Under the pieces are notes generated by a model. The model made no database searches. It saw only the letters and a list, made by a program, of their open reading frames with translations, and was not told the DNA's origin. A stretch of DNA of 64,000 nucleotides from Narcine bancroftii. Taxonomy: Eukaryota. The stretch lies in NCBI RefSeq assembly GCF_036971445.1, contig NC_091482.1, forward strand, positions 66,960,001 to 67,024,000, in the 5' to 3' direction. Below, piece after piece: positions 1-12,320 of the stretch (the stretch's first letter is position 1; the number at the start of each line of letters is the position of its first letter). The position numbers and the translations under genes were made by a program.

Positions 1-13
1 GATACCCTGACAA

Positions 14-262
14 GGGTGGCATGGTGGGTACAGCGATTAGCACAATGCCTTTACAGGACCAGCAATCGGGACCTGAGTTAGAATCCCGTGCTGTCTGTTA
101 GTAGTTTGTACGTTCTCCCTGTTTACATGGGTTTTCCCCCGGGGCTCCAGTTTCCTCCCACCGTTCAAAACGTACTGGGGTTGCAGGTTAATTGGGTGTA
201 AATTGGGCAGCGCAAAACCATGGTCTGAAATGGCCTGTTACATTTCTGTATATCTAAAAAAA
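14..262 (+). mobile_element. tRNA-derived SINE with V-domain core (V-SINE/HE1-like)
   Basis: tRNA-like head (GGTGGCATGGTGG...GAGTTAGAATCCC), V-core GTTTGTACGTTCTCCC...GGGTTTTCC...TTTCCTCCCAC, A-rich tail; about 10 related copies in the window. Confidence 0.75.
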
Positions 263-432
263 AATTAAATGTAATCAAATACCTGCCTTAAATAAACATA
301 AGGACCTCACTTCCACAGCCACCTGTGCCAGCAAGTTCCACAGACTCACCACCCTCTTAAAAAAGTTGAAAAGTACATTTGATTAAGTAAAAAGATGTAA
401 ATAACCATAATGTTAACTTGAATGTCACTGTG

Positions 433-1276
433 TGTGGTGGTATGTTATTACACCACTAGGCCACCAGGCCTACCGGCCTCTACCGGCCTCTACCGGCACC
501 ACCTACGGCTCCTAGAACGCTTCCACCAGCGTTGTCTCCGCTCCATCCTCAACATCCATTGGAGCGCTCACACCCCTAACGTCGAGGTACTCGAGATGGC
601 AGAGGTCGACAGCATCGAGTCCACGCTGCTGAAGATCCAGCTGCGCTGGATGGGTCACGTCTCCAGAATGGAGGACCATCGCCTTCCCAAGATCGTATTA
701 TATGGCGAGCTCTCCACTGGTCACCGTGACAGAGGTGCACCAAAGAAAAGGTACAAGGACTGCCTAAAGAAATCTCTTGGTGCCTGCCACATTGACCACC
801 GCCAATGGGCTGATAACGCCTCAAACCGTGCATCTTGGCGCCTCACAGTTTGGCGGGCAGCAGCCTCCTTTGAAGAAGACCGCAGAGCCCACCTCACTGA
901 CAAAAGGCAAAGGAGGAAAAACCCAACACCCAACCCCAACCAACCAATTTTCCCTTGCAACCGCTGCAATCGTGTCTGCCTGTCCCGCATCGGACTGGTC
1001 AGCCACAAACGAGCCTGCAGCTGACGTGGACTTTTTACCCCCTCCATAAATCTTCGTCCGCGAAGCCAAGCCAAAGAAAAAAAAAAGAAAAGAAAGGCCA
1101 CCAGGTGTCTCACCTGGTGACCTTGCATATATAAACCGGTGGAGACCTATACCCCCTCATTCTGGCCTCGGCTTGCACAGAGGCAATACCTCAAGACCTA
1201 GCTGTATATATTAGCCTATTAAAACTAGTGTTTTACCTGCACTCCGCTTCGTGTGATTTGATGCTAGTCGCCATCA
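433..1276 (+). mobile_element. Probable solo LTR interrupted by an RTE LINE
   Basis: Starts TGTGGTGG and ends CCATCA; flanks CTGTG/CTGTC (4/5 match); TATATAAA near 1128 and ATTAAA near 1218; continuous once the RTE insert is removed. Confidence 0.55.
469..1094 (+). mobile_element. 5'-truncated RTE-clade non-LTR retrotransposon (3' end of ORF with C-terminal Cys/His finger)
   Basis: ORF has RTE motifs FHQRCLRSIL, QLRWMGHVSRM, RLPKIVLYGEL and CNRCNRVCLSRIGLVSH; A/GAA tail; 11-bp TSD AGGCCACCAGG at 458-468 and 1095-1105. Confidence 0.9.
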
Positions 1277-1562
1277 CTGTCTATTGTGTTCAGTGGGCTT
1301 AATTTCTCAGCTCAGTACAGTTTGGAACTGTTGCTGGATGCAATGGTGAGGCCAACATCTGACCTCCAATGTGCCTCCTACCTCTTGTGTCCCAGTGCAA
1401 AGGTGCACAGTAAAAGAGGCATAGTACCTCAGGAGGTGGATGGCCCACCTGTCTTTTGGAACCGTCACATGCCAGAACTTGATCCGGATCAATCTTGAAT
1501 TTGATCAGGTCAGTGAATTCCCTAGTGCAAAACAGTAAAGAGCAAATGTCCTGAGTTTAGAC

Positions 1563-1694
1563 CAGTGGTTCTCAACCTTTTTCTTTCCAGTCACATCCCA
1601 CCTTAAGCAATCCTTTACTAATCACAGAGCACCGATGGCATAGGAATTACTTAAAGTGGGATGTGAGTGGAAAAAAAAATGTTGAAAACCACTG
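1563..1694. mobile_element. hAT-Charlie-type MITE (about 130 bp)
   Basis: TIRs CAGTGGTTCTCAACC / GTTGAAAACCACTG with long subterminal inverted repeats; 8-bp flanks GTTTAGAC/ATTTAGAC. Confidence 0.85.
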
Positions 1695-1742
1695 ATTTAG
1701 ACTAAAGTCCATCAGTCAATAAGGATTCTGTAATTAGTCTCA

Positions 1743-1945
1743 GGGTGGCACAGTTGGTGTAGTGGTTATCACAGCACCATTACTGCATCAGCGAACGGGA
1801 CTGGACCACGCTGTCTCTGAGGAGTTTGTACGTTCTCCCCTTGTCTGAGTAGGTTTTCTCCAGGGGCTCCCTTTTCCTCCCATTGTTCAAAACATACCAG
1901 GGGTTGTAGGTTAATTGAGGGCCTGTCACCATGAAATATGTCTTA
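1743..1945 (+). mobile_element. V-SINE copy
   Basis: Same head and V-core as 14-262. Confidence 0.7.
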
Positions 1946-2169
1946 AAAAATATTGGAATTGGAGGAGCAAAAAAAAGCAAATTAGTCAGGATCTGCATCG
2001 ATGTTCACTAGCAAGTACTGGGTGTAAGGAAAAGGGAGGCCTCCCTGTGAATTTCTGTATATCAGGAGTTAATCAACCGGTCATGGGTAATAGGTTTCCT
2101 TCCCCAAAGGGCATCAGTGAACCTGATTAGATTATCCAACAATCCTACAGTTTCTCATTATCTCAATCG

Positions 2170-2640
2170 GTTCTGGTCACCCCATTACAGAAAGGATTTG
2201 GAAGCTTTGGAGAGAGTGCAGAGATTTACCAGGATGCCTAGTTAGGAGAGCATGTCATATGAAGCAAGGTTGGCAGGGTGAGGGTTTTTCTCTTTGGAGT
2301 GTCAAAGGATGAGAGGTAATAGAGTTATATACCACAATGAGGGGCTTAGCTAGGGTGGAGTTACAATAGTAAATACCAGGGACATCTGTTTCAGGTAAAC
2401 AGAGGAAAGTTTAGGGGAGATGTTAAGAGGTAAGATTTTTACATAGAGTTGTGGGTGCCTGGAATGCATTACTAGGGGTAGTGGTGTGGAGGCTGGTAGG
2501 GACATTCAGAAGTCTCTTAGAGAAGCACATGAATGATGGGTGTGAAGTATGGAAAAAATAGATTATTGTGGAATAGGTTTACATAGGTTGGCACAACGTC
2601 ATGGACCAAATGTCTGTACTGTGCTGAAGTGTTCCATGTT
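2170..2640 (+). mobile_element. Degenerate CR1-clade LINE 3' fragment
   Basis: TTCTGGTCACCCCATTACAGAAAGGAT...GGAGAGAGTGCAGAGATTTACCAGGATG, typical of CR1 ORF2 C-terminus and 3' UTR. Confidence 0.7.
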
Positions 2641-2681
2641 CTACCAGCATTTTGCATTTAATTAATGGATTTTTTTAAAAA

Positions 2682-2915
2682 TTAGACATACAGCACGATA
2701 ACAGGCCATTTTGGCCCACGTCCATGCTGCCCAATTACACCCAATTAAATTGCAACACCTGGTATGTTTCGAACAGTGGGAGGAAACCGAATCCCTTGGT
2801 GAAAACCCATGCAGACAGAGAGAGAATGTACAAACTCCTTACAGACAGTGTGAGATTCGAATCCAGGTCCTGATCACTGGCGCTTTAACAGCGTTACGCT
2901 AACTGCTACGCCAAC
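2682..2915 (-). mobile_element. V-SINE copy
   Basis: Reverse complement of the family at 14-262. Confidence 0.7.
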
Positions 2916-2999
2916 TGCCATCCTAATGTCACCTTCCCTCTGGCATGAGTTAGTTGCCCTGAATTTTGATCATTTTTGATTTCCATTACACATTGACAA

Positions 3000-3600
3000 C
3001 TCTGTAATGGAGAGAGTGGAGAACACCAAGGTCCCTGGAGTTCATATAACTAGTGACCTATTGTGGATAGACAAGATTTCCTCACTGAGGATACTGAAGT
3101 GGGCAAGGCTACAGGAGTTCCTTCTACAGGAGCTCTATTGAGAACATTCTGGCCAGCTGCATCAGTGTGGTATGTTTGCTGTAGAGAAATGGATCGAAAG
3201 TCAATCCACAGGACCATAAGAACGGCCGAGAAGATCATTGGAATCTCCCTCCCCGCCATCGACGTGATCTACCAGGATCGTTGTCTGAAGAGGGTGTACA
3301 AAATCATTTGAGGACCCGTCAGGGAAGAGATACAGGAATATCAGAGCTAGCACCACCATGGGCAGCAAGAATTCTGAACGACAAAAGGAACTGCTCACAC
3401 TAACTCGCCGAGACTCTCACATTCACAAAACATTTATTTATTTATTTATTTGTATACATGAACACTTGTCCTGCACATGTATTGTTTGTCTGTATGTGTG
3501 TTATGTCTGGTTATGTGATTGAGTGTTTTGGACCGAGGACCGGAGAACGCTGTTTCGACGGGTTGTACTTGTGCAATCAGATGACCATAAACTTGACTTG
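3000..3600 (+). mobile_element. Rex1/Babar-like LINE 3' fragment
   Basis: Translates to SVWY...AEKIIGISLP..IYQDRC; 3' tail ending ACTTGACTTGA; tail shared with 4610-4800, 20764 and 49295-49530. Confidence 0.7.
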
Positions 3601-6600
3601 ATTTGATACAGTCATTGATACTGTACACTAGCTGGTGAGCCAGAGCATGTGCAACCATTGACCAAAGGATGAGAGCCATGAGGAGCCCAGAAGACATGCC
3701 ATCAGGATAGGAGCAAGAGGATTAACTCCAGCAGCCAGTTTGACTGAGGTGTCAATTTCACCGTTGCCCTGGGAAAGGAAATGCTTCAACAGCTGAAATG
3801 ATCCATCCGTTTACTTGACTGGTGGAGAATGCCCCACACCCAGTCTTCGGCTGGTTTTAAGTAGCAGCCGATCTCCGTTTAATGAGTTTACTGTGGGTAA
3901 TCATCCCCCTTCTCACTTACCTTAACATTCTTGCAGATGATTTACTGAACAGCAGCAGATGTGCTGCCTTGAAAATCTGCTCCAGCCCCTGATCCTGTCA
4001 TAACTCAGCCGATAATGGGTGGTGGTGCTGCGTAAATGTTGCTGGAACCAACACTCGCCCGAGCAGGGAAGCTAACCCCAGGGTCCGATCCCAGCCACGA
4101 GGAGTTTAGGAGCATGGCCAATCCCTGGGATTGAGTGAGAAACCTGGTAGCAGGATGATTGACAGTAATGGCAGGCAAGAAGCACCGCAGTCCAAAGGAG
4201 ATTTGTGCTGAGAAGGTTTCGCACTTCCAATCCCTGGAGAAATTCTGTGGGCTAGAAATTTGAAAAAGAGCATGTCGGGGAATGTTCTGTGCAGGGGCCG
4301 AATACAACTCCATAGCACTGTGTTGGAGAGCCAGGCATATCCAAACGGTGATTAAAAGGTCTTGTTCATCAAGTCTTTTTGTTTCATTTAGATGGACAGA
4401 AGAGATAGCGTCGAGGTTGACACAACCCTATTACAGAGCTAGAGATCAGAGTTCGAGTGTGTGAAGAGTTTGTACATACTCCGTGGGTTTCCTCCCACCA
4501 GGTCAATTAGGTCTCCCACCAGGTCAATTAGGTTTAATTGAGTGGCATGGGCTCGTAGACGGAAAGGGCCTATTACCGTGCTCGATGTCTAAATTTTTTT
4601 AATTAAAAATTCGAGTCAAGTTTTTGGTCATCTGACTGCACAAGTACAACCTGATGAAAGAGTGTTCTCCGGTCCTCGGTGCAAAACATGCAAACGCACA
4701 ACCAGACAGAACACACATACTGACAAATAATACATATGCAGGACAGGTATTCATATAGACAAATAAATAAATATTGTCTCATGAATATGAAAGTCTCAGA
4801 TATGAGACTCATGACAAGGAAGGCAAAGGAAAACAGGTGGTCTGCTCCTGAGGTCTGTCGGTCATTGCATATTGAGGGCCAGGCTGGTTTGAGGGTCGGG
4901 ATATCACTCAGACTGGAGGGAAACGGTGAGGATCTCAATCGGCTGCAGGGTGTTTCAGGGAAATGAACAATGGAGGTGGTGGAGGGGAGGGGTAGGGGAA
5001 GACCTAGACAGTATGTTGGGATAATATTGGGATGGGATTTGTGAGTTGCACTCGAGGGAAGAGCAAAGAGAAACTACCACATTGAGTAAGCAGGCACCAG
5101 CCTGACCCCAAGTCTCAGCACCAGACCCCTGGGCTGGGTTTTCCTGGAGAAGAGCTGAATTTTGACAATTCGGACAAGAACACACAAAGGTGTGTCACTT
5201 TGCAGGTGGCACCAACATTGGTGGCATGGTGGACAGTGAAGAGGGTTGTCTAAGGTCAACTGGGCAACAGTGTTATGCTGTGTGCTGTTTCCTTGCCATA
5301 CGTTTGCATTCCAAAGCACAGCAACAAGGTCAAACACGCATGGCACATTAACAATTGATGTCGCTGCTGCTGTAGCCCCTTGACCTCTGTGCATGGGCTT
5401 GTCACGGGCACAAAATCATCTGTTTGGCAGTTGGATCAAGCACAGAGAGAATGCATTGCATTTGGCTTTCAATTGAACACTTCAGTCCCATTGAGAATAA
5501 AACCTGATTTTTTGGGCCCAATGTCTGAGGAGAAATGCACGAGTTTTATTTCTTTTTCTGAGATACAACATAGAAACACCCTCTTCCATCCCATGAGGCC
5601 CAAATACATCCATATGACCAATTAACCTGCTAACTCAGAATGTCTTTGGAATGTGGAAGGAATCTAGAGAATCCCACATGGGCACAGGCCAAACGTGCAA
5701 ACTCTTCATAAACAGCGGTGGATTTGAACCCAGGTTGCTGGCAGCGTAATAGTGTTGTTCTAACCACCATAATAAATGTGCTCTCCCCATAAACAAAGTT
5801 TTCGTTATGAGCCAGGGGTTACTGCTCCTGGGCTGTTGGCAGGAAACCAATGCAACATGAGAGAAGCTTGAGAGGCTGTATGAATAAATAATTATTCCTG
5901 GCAGTGGAGAACCGTGATAAGGTCCATGTGTCAGCCCTGCAGAATGTAAACCAGCATCAAACACAGCAGCAATCTGCCTGCAATCAAACCATAAGCTGCA
6001 AGGAGTGTGGATTGATACTGATCCCTCATCCAGAAATTCGAACTCCTGCACCCATCAATCAGTCTGATCCCCCACTTAGAACGTTCACAGACAAACTGGA
6101 AGTAACAGGTTTTTTGTATTTCTCTATTCCAGCTGTTTGGATTTCACTCATGACCCTGATGTTCGACTGAATAATCAAAGAATTTTTATGGATAATCTGC
6201 TTTATTTTTGAGGACAGGGAGAGGTCCGATCTAGAGCTCCTTTGCCTTTTTATCTAATCCAGGCACGGCAAGCGAGTGGCCAATGGCGGTTTGGGACAGG
6301 ATTCCTTCCCTCGACCTCACCCTCCCACACTCCCTTCGCGCATTTGGAGGCTGAAGAGAGCATTGAGGCCGGGAGTGGAAGAGGGGAAGGGCATTGGTTC
6401 AGGAGTAGGGAGTTCAGCATTTCATATCGATTGGGATCAAGACAGGGATTGTGCATGGGGTTCAGGAAGGTCTCATATAATTGGGAGTGGGGCGGCTGGC
6501 TGGAGATGGGTAGGTGTTGGGGAGTGCCAGGATGATGCAAGGCAGGGTGCAGACAGATAATTTACTTATCTCGCAAGACTCCAGGCTTGGGGCTGCTACG

Positions 6601-6944
6601 CAAGGACCATGTTACCTCAAATGTCACCCCCATCCTCCTCTGCCGTGCTCCAAAAGAAGTGTTGCACAAGGACTGACATCGTTTCATGCATCTAGAATAT
6701 TTACACTGGGGTCAGGAGTGTGACTGACGGCAGGAAAGGCACAGCTAAATTCGGTGAACAGAAAGGAGCTATGGCTTGGGGAAAATCAGCCACAGTCATT
6801 CATACTGAATGGTGGATCAGACATGAGGAGCTGGCCGGACTACTCCCGCTCCTATTTTCTGGTATCTGATGTCAAATTTATCAATTGGCACACTGCAATC
6901 TGGAAATGGCTGGAATGAAGTGAAGACAAACTTCCAGCAAAATA

Positions 6945-7168
6945 CAGTAAACCCCCTGGTATCTGGCACCTATGGGGTTTGGTAGTTGCAGGATACGTGT
7001 ATTTACCAGTTGCTTGAGATTGCGTGATGCGTGATTGGTAAACTGATGAGGGGGGGGGGGGCACTTTTAAACTCCCGTCTTTATTACCTCTTTATTTTCA
7101 ATGATTTTTTTTGCCAGTTTTTTTGAAGCTGCCGGTTGCTTGACTTCCGTATAACAAGGATTTTACTG
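6945..7168. mobile_element. Tc1/mariner-Tigger-like MITE
   Basis: TA-CAGTAAACCCCC ... GGATTTTACTG-TA termini; relatives at 20355-20555, 37895-38571 and 57545-58191. Confidence 0.75.
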
Positions 7169-7767
7169 TACCTTGCATTTTAGTCCCAGCTTAGGGAATC
7201 AGGCATTTTGGTCTGACATGAGGAGAAATCTTTCTCTTCAGAAGGTTGTAAACCTTCTGCCAGGGGAGTGTGACTGTCTGGTCGTTTATAGTCCAGGCTG
7301 GGAGTGATAGAGTGCTGAGAAGGTAGTCATCTTCTCATTGAAAGATGGAGCAACTTTCACAAGGTGTTTGGCTGTTCCTGCTGCAGTTTTCCCCAGGTTT
7401 ATTTAGCAATTTATCTCCAAATGTACAACTAGCAATTGTGAAATTTACCATTATTGTGAAGCACAAAGTGCAGGAAGCCATTTCTGAACAGCAAACTCCC
7501 ATAAACAATAATAATGATTGTTTAATCTCTCTTTAATATTTCTTAGTCCTGCTGCAAATCTGTGAGCCTTAAGGCATGATACAAAATACAATATTTTCAG
7601 TGCTGCTTTGATATTCCAGAGGTTGGTCTAATCCTAAATTATTCTGCCTGCTGTTTCCCTTAAGAAATTTCTTATCAGTTTCATGGTGTACAGTTAATTT
7701 TTAAACATGCCAATAAAGGTTCTGTTTCAGAGGGCAACACGTCACATCAGTCTTTATGGTTCTTCAG

Positions 7768-7896
7768 GGGGAAAATGATCACAGACATCTCATCCAGTAA
7801 ACTTCAGCAGAAGAATAAGGAGGGAATCGAGCCTCAAGCAAGGCACCCTGAAGAACCAGAGTGGAAACTTAATGCCACACTAACAGCGAGGATAAG
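7768..7896 (+). CDS. ST8SIA2: ST8SIA2 coding exon (stem region, equivalent to mammalian exon 3)
   Basis: ttcttcAG acceptor, AG|GTAATG donor; 129 bp, phase 2-2; encodes GKMITDISSSKLQQKNKEGIEPQARHPEEPEWKLNATLTARIR, matching the W-x-x-N-x-T-L...IR end of the mammalian exon; splices in frame to 13163. Confidence 0.85.
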
Positions 7897-9699
7897 GTAA
7901 TGCTCTGCCGCCTGTGACAGGTGATCTTTCAAACATCCCAGTTCTGAACACCAGATCTCACATTTAATGGTTCAAGTGAGTAGCATACTCGAACAGCAGG
8001 TTGTCTTGCTGCCTCACGAGGTTCCTTAATTGTCATGTAATGAAAGAAGTGTAAGATTATACAAAATTGACTTTAGTCTGCCGTGAGGCAAAGATTCACC
8101 ATCAGCAGAAATTGCCCGGTTCCGCTTACAGAAGTAGAACCAAAAGAGAACCCCCCCCCCCCCCAAAGAGTCACTGAATATCCATGAATTTGCCTCCACA
8201 GCCACACAGTTCAAACCATCGACAACCCGAGTTCCAGATCCAAACCTCCAACACGATCAGGAAGCCTTCAGCATCCTCGGCACCCTCTCACATCCTCGTT
8301 CTTGTACATGGTACCCCTTCAGCCAGTCTCCCGCAGCCTGCATGGGTTCTTTGTCTCTACCCCCCCCCCCCCCACCCCCACCCCCAACAGCCTGCCCGGC
8401 TCCTGTGTGTTTTTAAGGGATCCTGGTGCTGATTGTACATTCTCTCTGTGATCATCTCTATTTCAATCTTCAATGCATGTTTATTGTCATATAGATAAGT
8501 AATATATACAGATGCAGCGAAATTTTTACTTGTTACACCCAAACAGGTACATAAGATACCTGATAAGAGTCCATTTTTAACTTATCTCAAATATTAGACA
8601 GAAAAAGAGATCATAAGTATTAAAAGATAAATAAATATTCACAGTTGCAGTTGGTGCAAGACATTTTTTTTTCAATTGTACAGACAGATCTTTTGGTGGT
8701 TTATGTTTTAAGTTGTAATAAGCAGCCTCTATCCTCAAGGACCCCCACCACCCAGGTCATGCCCTCTTCACTCTGCTACCAATGGGGAAAAGGTACAAGA
8801 GCCTAAAGACGAGCACTCAGCGACAAAAGGACAGCTTCTTCCCCGTTGCCATCAGATTCCTGAATAATCAATGAACCAAAGACACTTCCTTACTTTTCGT
8901 ACACTATTTTTCTTTATTTATTGTTGTAAGGTGGTTTATATGAATGTTTGCACAGGGATCCTGCTGCGAAACAATAAAGTTTGTGACTTGTTTATGACAA
9001 TAAATTCTGATTCTGATGTTAGGGGTAGAGAGGTTCAAAGATAGGGGTTGAATAGAAATTGTTCTTGAACCTGGAAGTGCTGGACGTCTGGCTTCTGTAC
9101 CTTTTCTTAAGAATCTTAATAAAATGTTATGGCCAGGGTGATGGGAGTCCTTTATGATATCGGCAGTCTTGTTGAGATAACACCTCACTTAAGTGCTTTC
9201 AATGGACCAGAAGTTGGTGCCTGTGATGGACTTGGTCTTTTCTACAGTCTTCTGTGTTCCGGGGCACAAGTTTCAAACCACGTTCTGGTGCAGCCAGTTA
9301 GTATATTTTCCACAGTTCATCTGTAGAAGTTCAATAGAGTATTCAACAACATAACAGATCTCCTCAGACATGAGAAAGCAGAGGCAATGATGTGCTTTCT
9401 TCATGGTTGACTCAGTGTGCTAGCTCCAGGAGAGCTCCTCTAATCAGGGTAATTAATATATTTTTACATTTGTTGTACGATCTGGTTCAGAAGAAGAGAG
9501 ATACATAACAGGTATAGGCATCATGGAGAAAATGAAGTACTTGAGGAGTATATAAAATGGAAGAAAATATCACGAAAGAAATCAGGAAGCCTAAAAGACA
9601 TGAGGTTGCTTTGGCAGACAATGTGAAGGAAAATCCTAGGGGTTTCTACAGGGGTATTAAGAGAAAAAGGATAGAAAGGAACAAAATAATCCAAATCAT

Positions 9700-10260
9700 T
9701 AATATACAACTTAAAAAGGAGCGGCCCATCACTGACCCCAGTGGGATACCACCAGCAACTGGCAGCCAAACAGAATATGTTCCCTGTATTCCGACTCTCT
9801 GCTTCCTGCCAATTAGCCAATGCTCTACCCACGTGAGTATGTATTGTGTACTTTTTATCTTGTTATGTAGCCTCATGAACGGCACCTTGTCAAGGGCCAT
9901 CTGAAAATCCAAATACACAACACCCACTGTATCCAGCCTGCTTGTCACTTCCTCAAAGAATTCGAATAGGATTGTCAAGCAATATTTTCCTTAAGTAAAC
10001 CATGCTGGCTTTGGCCTATCTTGTCATGTGTCTCCAAATATTCCTCAACTTCATCCTTTACAATTGACTTTAACATCTTCCCATTATTTTCTTTTCTGCT
10101 GCCTCACTCCTTTCTTGAATAGTGAGGTAACATTTGTGGTTTTCCAGGCCTCTGGGGTCCATACCAGAATCTAATGATCCCTGACAGATCATTATCAATG
10201 CCTCCACAATCTTTACTGCTACTTCTTTCAGAACCCGAGAGTATACTCCATCTGGTCTGC
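9700..10260 (-). mobile_element. CR1-clade LINE reverse transcriptase fragment
   Basis: Translation FEFFEEVT...VVYLDFQMALDKVP...WVEHWLIGRKQRV; frameshifted. Confidence 0.85.
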
Positions 10261-10614
10261 CAACTTTTTGTTGTTTCCTATATCTCATTTTCTGTTTATA
10301 TGTGTGGACACACACTGAGGTTACGGTTATGACTTTGTTTTCGCTGGCTTTTGCACTATCACCAAACTTCACGTGCTGTAGAGCTAAATCTTCACAGCTC
10401 AAGCTAAGTTAAGCTCCGATCCTCACTGCAACCTCTCTCATTTCCTTATCAATAATCCTGAACACAATTTGATCACGGAACATTGAATCTTGCAAATGGT
10501 CAAGAGGATCAATAGCACTCTATCATTACATCATGTCTGTGTGGGTTTCCTCTGGGTGCTTCAGTTTCCTCCCACCCTTCAAAACGTCCAGCAGTTGTAG
10601 GCTTATTAGATGTA

Positions 10615-11297
10615 CAGGTACTCCCTGATTTATGACCGTAATTGTGACTGAAGGATCGATTGTATCTCAGACTGGACATAAGTCGGAATTTTGATTGCGC
10701 ATGTGGAGTACCGAAGTCTTACAGCAAACTTTTTAATCAAATCTTATTTTCATCATAGTTTTGACGATAACAACTTAAAGCTTCCTGAATTTGTCGATCA
10801 ACCTTGGTGAATCCTTCCACATTCTGGTCCTTGCTTACCTTGTTAGTCCGCATCTCGGAGTCGCAGGGTCCATAGGCTGGGCGTAGCCATCTTGATTCCT
10901 GTGTGCATATGTGAGTCTTCGGTTGGCGCATGCGTGGTGAGTTTGCAGACTGAAGTTCAGTTGGCACATGCACGAGAGTTAAGCACCTAACGATATTGAA
11001 TTCGCGCCCTTAACTCTTGTGCATGCGCCAACCAAACCCAATACACGAACCCACTGTGCATGTGCCAACTGAAGTTCTGCGCATCCGCACAGGAATCAAG
11101 ATAGCTGTGCCAAGCCAACAGACCCCAGGATGCCGGCTAACAAGGTAAGTACGCACATTTTGGCTCTTACATGCCCTGTATCCACGTTATAGTTTAACAA
11201 ATACAACATAAACAGTGTAAATTTTATATTTTTTCTTGAAAATTTTTTTTCGTTCCTATGTGCGTAAGTTGCATCGATCGCAAGTCGTCGATTTCCT
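10615..11297. mobile_element. Tigger/pogo-like non-autonomous transposon nested in a V-SINE
   Basis: TA-CAGGTACTCC ... TTTCCTG-TA; SINE halves at about 10535-10614 and 11300-11365 rejoin across it; homologous to 60150-60727. Confidence 0.75.
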
Positions 11298-12101
11298 GTA
11301 ATTGGGCTGGATGGGCTCATGGGCCAGAAGGGACTGTCATTTTGCTGCATGTCTAAATTAAAAATTAAAAAATTAGAGGTCTGTTGCCTTCTAAAAATTG
11401 ATAGGTCATTAATGTTTTTTTTTTGCCAAACAGCTACATGGCACAATTTTATTTTCCATTTGTTTAAGTCATTTGGAAATAGACATAAATTGAATATTAA
11501 TGAGAAAAGCAATGAGTAAATCAAGCAGAAAGCACCCAAACAAGTCAGGAGAGCAAACAGGCCAGGAAATGTTATAGATTCATCCAGTTAAATGCAAAGT
11601 GGTTTACAGAATATTCAAAATAGTAGAATTCGGGAATAGGAGATTTTAATTAATTTTTAAATTTAATTTGGAGATACAGGACAGCAACAGGCCCATCCAG
11701 CCCACAAGTCTGCACCACCCAAGTATACCCATTTGACCAATGTAGATGTCAAGATCTGCAAGGGGTGGTTGTGGGTTGGTTTCCAATAAAGGCATATGAA
11801 AGTCTGATAATAGAAACTATGCAATTATAGAAAGCACTGGAGGTCTTTTAGCTCCTTGAGACTGATCCTCATTCAGTGAGAATGAAGTTGATCTGTGATC
11901 TAATTCCAGCTACCCACCTTTTTCCATATCCTTTAAAGATCTACTCATCCCAAAGGTAGGATTAAGAAATGGCTTGACATCAGAAATGTGTGGATTCATT
12001 GGTTAATTGACCTTTGTAAATTATGCGAAGTGTGCTATTGGGTGAGAATCTGTGAGGACTTAATGGGAAATGTGGACAGAATAAAATGGAATGTGTCGAT
12101 G

Positions 12102-12320
12102 TAGACATACAGCACGGTAACAGGCCTTTCCATTCCACTAGCCCGTGCCGCCCATTATACCCAATTGTCCTACAACCCCTTGTATGTTTAGAAGGGTTGG
12201 AGGAAAATGGAGGAAACCCATGCAGACACAGAAAGAACATACAAACTCCTTACAGACAGCTGGGATTCAAACCCCTGGCCCGATCGCTGACGTTGTAACA
12301 ACGTTGCGCTAATCGCCCAT
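12102..12320 (-). mobile_element. V-SINE copy
   Basis: Reverse complement of the family at 14-262. Confidence 0.7.

Noticed and set aside
1-7700. Search for ST8SIA2 exons 1-2
   Set aside because: No convincing transmembrane-encoding exon or short second exon found by eye; probably upstream of the window or too diverged
7731-7767. Alternative acceptor tttcAG at 7729-7730 for the ST8SIA2 stem exon
   Set aside because: Adds 37 nt and shifts the phase; 7768 gives the expected 129-bp phase-2 exon
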